DNA of 64,000 bases, from contig CAWJKZ010000017.1 of NCBI GenBank assembly GCA_963843575.1, forward strand, positions 160,001 through 224,000, in the 5' to 3' direction. Positions 59,518 to 64,000 of this stretch are shown here, one piece after another (positions within the stretch are counted from its first letter, which is position 1; each line of letters opens with the position of its first letter). A model generated the notes under the pieces. That model saw only the letters and a list, made by a program, of their open reading frames with translations, was not told the origin of the DNA and did not search any database. Made by a program: the position numbers and the translations under genes. This DNA is from an uncultured Acidobacteriota bacterium (GTDB lineage: Bacteria; Acidobacteriota; UBA6911).

Positions 59518-61695
59518 ATGAGAATGCCACCCCCTGCACCGCAGCCCGCTGTGCGCCGCCAGGCGCTCCCGATGAACCGGATTGTCTTACTGACCTCCTT
59601 CCTCGCCTTTTCATACGGTGCGGCGTGTGCTCAGTCGGTCACCATCTCCTGGAACGCGAACACGGAATCCACCCTGGCAGGCTACAAGGTTTATATGGGG
59701 ACAGCCCCTCGCGTCTACGGGACGCCGGTCACGCTTGGAAAGGTCACGAGCTACCTCAAATCGAACCTCGCCGCCGGGACGTACTATTTTGCCGTGACTG
59801 CATACAACACCTCGGGGGTCCAAAGCAGCTATTCCACAGAGGTCACGGTGACCGTGAAGCCAGCCGATACGACGCGACCGACCATATCCGGCATCACGGT
59901 CACGAGCATAACTTCCACGGGGGCCACTGTTTCCTGGACGACGAACGAGGCCTCGGACACTCAGGTCGAATACGGCACCACGACGTCATACGGCCGCCTG
60001 TCGACGCTGAACAGCTCCAAGGTCACCTCGCACCGGCAGTCCCTCACCGGCCTCACGGCGAATACGACCTGGTACTACCGTGTGAAATCGCGGGACGCTG
60101 CGGGCAACCTGGCCGTGTCCACCGGGTCGAGTTTCCGCACCGCATCGGCTGCGGCTCCCGCGACGGCGCAGCCGGCCGTCACTTCGACCGGCGGGCTGCG
60201 GGCTGCCTTTACCTTCAACGAAGGGAAAGGCACGGCGTCGAGCGACGTCTCCGGCAACGGAAACAGCGCAGCCCTGTCCGGCACAACCTGGACCACGGGG
60301 CGTTTCGGCTATGCCCTCTCGTTCGACGGTTCAACGTCCCATGCCCGGGCGCTGGCAAACAAGGTCCCGGCGCTAAACACCCCGCAGACGCTGTCCGCCT
60401 ACTACTTCGTTTCCGGCAACCCGTCCACGACGCGGGTAATGCTCAAAACGAGCAACATGGACGAGGGCAAGGACCTGATAATGGGGTTCAGAAGCTCGCG
60501 CCTAGGAGTGTGGAACGACGCCGGCGTCTGGCTGGTCTCGGCCGCGATGCCGGCCGCGAACGCCTGGCACCACGTGGCCTACGTGTTCGACGGAAAAACT
60601 CACTCGCTCTATCTCGACGGCGTTGTCCGCGCCGCCTCCACGGTGCTCCCGGGCACCCATGCCGTCACGGCCATCGAGGTCGGCGGGGGCCGCGACGGTA
60701 CGGGGTATTTCAGCGGCAAGCTGGACGAAATCCTGATCTACGACCGGGCGCTGCCCGACAGCGAAATCAACACCCTGCGGACGTTCTCCCTGGGCACCGA
60801 GGTTCGGGCGCTGGCGGCAACGGCACAGGACGAGAGCGCCGCCGCATCGGACCCGGAAGGCCCTCTCTCGGAGGAGTCGTTGACGGAGGCTGTGGTTGAG
60901 AACCTGCTCCCCGGCAGTGGCACCGATACCGAGGTGGTCCGGAGCGTGGGAGCCAGGCCGGCTCCCACGGTGCATTTTGAGCTCTCCAAACCCTTTTTCG
61001 GCACCAACGAGCCCGTGGAGCTGAGCGGCTTGACCGTGGCCAACCCCGGATCGAGCGAACAAGCGGTCGAATTGAAGACCTGGCTCGCCTCATCCGCCGC
61101 GCCACCCGTGAGCCTGGGCGCCGCGGGCGAAGACGGCGGCTGCATCCTCCCTGCCGCGACAGTGTCGGATTTCGGCCCGGTCACGGTGCTCGAGGCGGCA
61201 GCCGCGCCACCCGAGGGCAGCATCTACCGCGTCGGCTCGCGCATGCTCGACCCCGTCACCGGAGATCTCCTCTCGGAAGAAAAGGCTGTGTTCGCCGTCT
61301 TGCCTGGGACGGGTGCAATTCCGTCCGGATCGCCGGAGTACCAGGCCCCCTACGGCGTGGAGGTCGATGCCGAGCTCGGCGCCCCAGTCTACTCGGACGG
61401 CGACACCATCTCGGTCCCGGACCTCGTGGTGCGGAACACCGCGGACGAGGAATTCCCGGTGCAGCTCAAAGTGTGGCTGGAAACCGCGGGAATAGAACCA
61501 CTGCCGGTCCTGTGGGTCGGGGCCGACGGATCCCTGGTGCTGCCTGCGGGCTCCGAATCACACTTCTACCGCCCCCGCGATCTCGCCGTCACGACCGACC
61601 TGCCGCACGGCGGCTACGCCTTGCGTTGCCGCGTCCTCGACCCGGTTACCGGCGGGATCCTGGCGGACCGCTCGACATACTTCACGGTGCGATAG
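59518..61695 (+). CDS. Secreted protein: two Fn3-like domains, LamG/ConA-like domain, two C-terminal Ig-like repeats
   Basis: ISWNANTE..LAGYKVY, YYFAVTAY, VSWTT..YYRVKSRD, WHHVAYVFDG..LYLDG, F.G.LDEILIYDRAL; alternative start 59572. Confidence 0.82.
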   Translation: MRMPPPAPQPAVRRQALPMNRIVLLTSFLAFSYGAACAQSVTISWNANTESTLAGYKVYMGTAPRVYGTPVTLGKVTSYLKSNLAAGTYYFAVTAYNTSGVQSSYSTEVTVTVKPADTTRPTISGITVTSITSTGATVSWTTNEASDTQVEYGTTTSYGRLSTLNSSKVTSHRQSLTGLTANTTWYYRVKSRDAAGNLAVSTGSSFRTASAAAPATAQPAVTSTGGLRAAFTFNEGKGTASSDVSGNGNSAALSGTTWTTGRFGYALSFDGSTSHARALANKVPALNTPQTLSAYYFVSGNPSTTRVMLKTSNMDEGKDLIMGFRSSRLGVWNDAGVWLVSAAMPAANAWHHVAYVFDGKTHSLYLDGVVRAASTVLPGTHAVTAIEVGGGRDGTGYFSGKLDEILIYDRALPDSEINTLRTFSLGTEVRALAATAQDESAAASDPEGPLSEESLTEAVVENLLPGSGTDTEVVRSVGARPAPTVHFELSKPFFGTNEPVELSGLTVANPGSSEQAVELKTWLASSAAPPVSLGAAGEDGGCILPAATVSDFGPVTVLEAAAAPPEGSIYRVGSRMLDPVTGDLLSEEKAVFAVLPGTGAIPSGSPEYQAPYGVEVDAELGAPVYSDGDTISVPDLVVRNTADEEFPVQLKVWLETAGIEPLPVLWVGADGSLVLPAGSESHFYRPRDLAVTTDLPHGGYALRCRVLDPVTGGILADRSTYFTVR

Positions 61696-61809
61696 CGCCG
61701 CCGGGCCGCTGGCTTTCGACCGAAGCGCCCGAGGCCCGGCGGTGGTCTTGCGTTGCGCACCGGCTCGCAACGGGAATAGAATCGCATCCGGATACTTCAA
61801 GGAGATCCT

Positions 61810-62553
61810 ATGCGTCTACGAACCGCTGCCTTTGCCGTCGCCGTCGTTCTCATTTTCGTGGCACCTTCCCCTGCTCAAACCGGGAGCGCTCCTCCGGGTT
61901 TCGTCTCCCTGTTCAACGGACGCGACCTGACCGGCTGGAAGATCCCCGCGGGCGACAACGGTCACTGGAAGGTGATCGACGGGGTCATCGACTACGATGC
62001 GCGCAGCGAAGCCGAGCAGAAGCACCTCTGGACGGAAAAAGAATACAAGGACTTCGTCCTCCGGCTCGAATGGCGGCTGAAAGACACGCCGTTCATCTAC
62101 AAGAACGGCCGGATCCTTCTCCCCGACGGCAACGAAAAAATCGATGCGGCGGGCAAGCCGATCCCGTTGTCGTTTCCGGATGCCGATTCGGGTGTTCTCA
62201 TGCGCGGGCAGTCCCAGTCCCAGGTGAACATCTGGGCCTGGCCCGCGGGATCGGGCGAGCTCTGGAGCGTGCGCCGAAACACCAAGCTGCCCGCTGCGGT
62301 CCGCGCGGCGGCCACGCCCCGCCTTCACGCGGATAAGAACATCGGCGAGTGGAACAGCATGGAGATCACGATGAAGGGCGATCGGATTACGATCGTGCTC
62401 AACGGCCACAAGGTGATCGACAACGCGCTGTTCGACGGGGTCGCGGAGAAGGGGGCCATCGGGCTGCAGCATCACGGGGAGTGGAAGGACGGCCAATGGG
62501 CCGGCCCACCCGCCCTGGTTCAGTTCCGCAATATCTACATCAAGGAGCAATAA
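61810..62553 (+). CDS. DUF1080 (3-keto-glycoside hydrolase/hydratase-like) secreted protein
   Basis: SLFNGRDLTGW, YKDFVLRLEW, DSGV, GEWN, IGLQHHG, FRNIYIKE. Confidence 0.9.
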   Translation: MRLRTAAFAVAVVLIFVAPSPAQTGSAPPGFVSLFNGRDLTGWKIPAGDNGHWKVIDGVIDYDARSEAEQKHLWTEKEYKDFVLRLEWRLKDTPFIYKNGRILLPDGNEKIDAAGKPIPLSFPDADSGVLMRGQSQSQVNIWAWPAGSGELWSVRRNTKLPAAVRAAATPRLHADKNIGEWNSMEITMKGDRITIVLNGHKVIDNALFDGVAEKGAIGLQHHGEWKDGQWAGPPALVQFRNIYIKEQ

Positions 62554-62565
62554 GGAGGGGGCCGG

Positions 62566-63651
62566 CTACAGGATCTCGTGGCGCTTCAGCGCCCTCAGGA
62601 AATCGTACGACAGTACGAAATCGAAACGCGCCGCGTTGCTGACGGGGAAGTCGTTCGAAAAGGCCTTGCCCGCAAAAAAGTTTGCGCTGAACTCTCGCCA
62701 GAAGTTGTAGCTTGCGACGAGATAGAATCGATTTCCCCGCCCCAGCCGGTCGGAGTTCCAGTTCAGGTAATACCGGTCGACGTGCACGAACCCGCCGTAC
62801 AGGGCCAGCCGCGGCAGGGGGTTGCGATAAACGGACACCGAGCAACCCCAGGCCGGCCGGAACTCCATCCGATAGTAATTGTCGAAGACCGCCGAGTCCA
62901 GGAAGCGGTTGGACGGCGGCTTCACCCTCACTGCCTGCCGGAGCGTGTCCACCCCGTCGTGCGCGGTGTAGTCCGCGGAAACCGACGTGTATTTCCCGAC
63001 CCTCTTGGAGACGAGGAACTGGTGGTAGTTCATCCTCGAGAGGCGTTTGAAACGCCCGTATACCCCAGGGGCCTCCGGGTCGCCGACGTAAGCGCCGGTG
63101 GCCGAGATCTCGTCGAAGTACAACTTGTCCGGCCGGTGCAGGCTGATCCGTTCACCCATCAGATAGCCGTTGTTCGAATAGCTGGTTACTTCGGTCGACT
63201 CGCCCCGGTTGAACCCGATCCCGCCAAACTGGATTTCCAGGGCGCGCCAGGGACTCGCGGACAGGTAGAGCTCCTTCAGATAAACTTTCGAGACGAGCTC
63301 TCCGGCCCCGATCCCAGTCGAATTCCAGGAGTGAGTGAAGGAGTCCCCCGTCCCAAACCGGAACCCGGCGTGGTAATGCCCGAGCCGATCGAACTTCAGG
63401 CGGCCGCGGGCAGCCACCTGGTACTGGAACTGGTATGTCCAGGGACTGCTGCTGACGGCGGTCCTCTTGTACCGGGCCGCGACCGTCCCGGCCTGCAGCT
63501 CGAGCCAGCGGGCCAGCGGGGGGACCGTCGGAGGGGCGGAAAAGCCCGCGGCGCCGGCGGCGGAACCGTTGTCGCCCGGGACCTGGCCCGGGAGCGTACC
63601 CGCCGAAACGACGATGAGAAACAGGAGCAACCACAGACGGGATGAGTGCAT
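62566..63651 (-). CDS. Hypothetical outer-membrane beta-barrel (porin-like)
   Basis: Signal peptide; alternating aromatic beta-strands; ends FDFVLSYDF plus a short tail. Confidence 0.55.
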   Translation of the reverse strand: MHSSRLWLLLFLIVVSAGTLPGQVPGDNGSAAGAAGFSAPPTVPPLARWLELQAGTVAARYKRTAVSSSPWTYQFQYQVAARGRLKFDRLGHYHAGFRFGTGDSFTHSWNSTGIGAGELVSKVYLKELYLSASPWRALEIQFGGIGFNRGESTEVTSYSNNGYLMGERISLHRPDKLYFDEISATGAYVGDPEAPGVYGRFKRLSRMNYHQFLVSKRVGKYTSVSADYTAHDGVDTLRQAVRVKPPSNRFLDSAVFDNYYRMEFRPAWGCSVSVYRNPLPRLALYGGFVHVDRYYLNWNSDRLGRGNRFYLVASYNFWREFSANFFAGKAFSNDFPVSNAARFDFVLSYDFLRALKRHEIL

Positions 63652-63907
63652 CGGGCCTTATACCTGGGGTTCAATCGAAACAAAGCGTATATATTGCCAT
63701 GAAAACGCAAGGGCGGCAATTTCGCTTTTCCGCCGGGATGCGAAAAACGCGTTGCGCGGGAGAACCGCGCCGGGTACGCCGGGCGGCGTCGGCCGGGTGC
63801 AGCACGGCGGAATTCGACTTTTGACTTCGGTCGGGTCGGGGGTTTAGGCTACCGGCGAGGAGTTGGCAAGGAAGTCTGTCCGCGTCCGGAGATCTGGGTC
63901 GCCCTAT

Positions 63908-64000
63908 ATGGAAGACGCTCTGTTCATCCATCGGCTTCACTTCGCATTCACCGTCACTTACCACTACATCTTCCCGCAGCTCACGATGGGTCTGGCGCCG
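63908..64000 (+). CDS. cydA: Cytochrome bd ubiquinol oxidase subunit I, 5' end (partial)
   Basis: Manual translation MEDALFIHRLHFAFTVTYHYIFPQLTMGLAP matches the CydA N-terminal R.(Q/H)FA.T..(F/Y)H..F..LT.GL motif with the heme-ligand His. Confidence 0.85.
   Translation, partial: MEDALFIHRLHFAFTVTYHYIFPQLTMGLAP

Overview
A GC-rich bacterial chromosomal window, most likely Acidobacteriota (ADOP-type orphan permease, Gly-rich TolC paralogues, DUF1080/ThuA/Tat-Gfo sugar enzymes). It is densely coding, with about 38 genes; I found no rRNA, tRNA, CRISPR array or intact transposase. Main blocks: GH123-like glycosidase and Tat TIM-barrel; a 2xTolC-RND-MFP efflux operon; a DUF2339/DUF3999-like pair; GH16; a Gfo/TIM-barrel/ThuA operon; a six-gene redox operon (22766-31860); radical SAM; an Omp85 barrel + secreted kinase-like protein + Hanks kinase unit; aspartate kinase; an AT-richer sugar-catabolism cassette; peptidases, a GH36-like enzyme, cNMP-patatin, an Fn3/LamG protein, DUF1080, a beta-barrel and the start of cydA. 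The best candidate for an undescribed system is the redox operon: PQQ-type beta-propeller, NHL beta-propeller, Tat polyferredoxin, NapH-like membrane Fe-S protein, membrane-anchored NuoE-NuoF (BfuC-BfuB) fusion with bifurcation-type motifs, and a NuoG-N/GltD-like (StnC/NfnA-like) flavoprotein. This looks like a membrane-wired electron-bifurcating transhydrogenase. The second candidate is the POTRA-less Omp85 translationally coupled to a signal-peptide-bearing atypical kinase. At least five genes carry single-base +1 frameshifts that look like sequencing error. All assignments come from motif reading only; no database searches were run.
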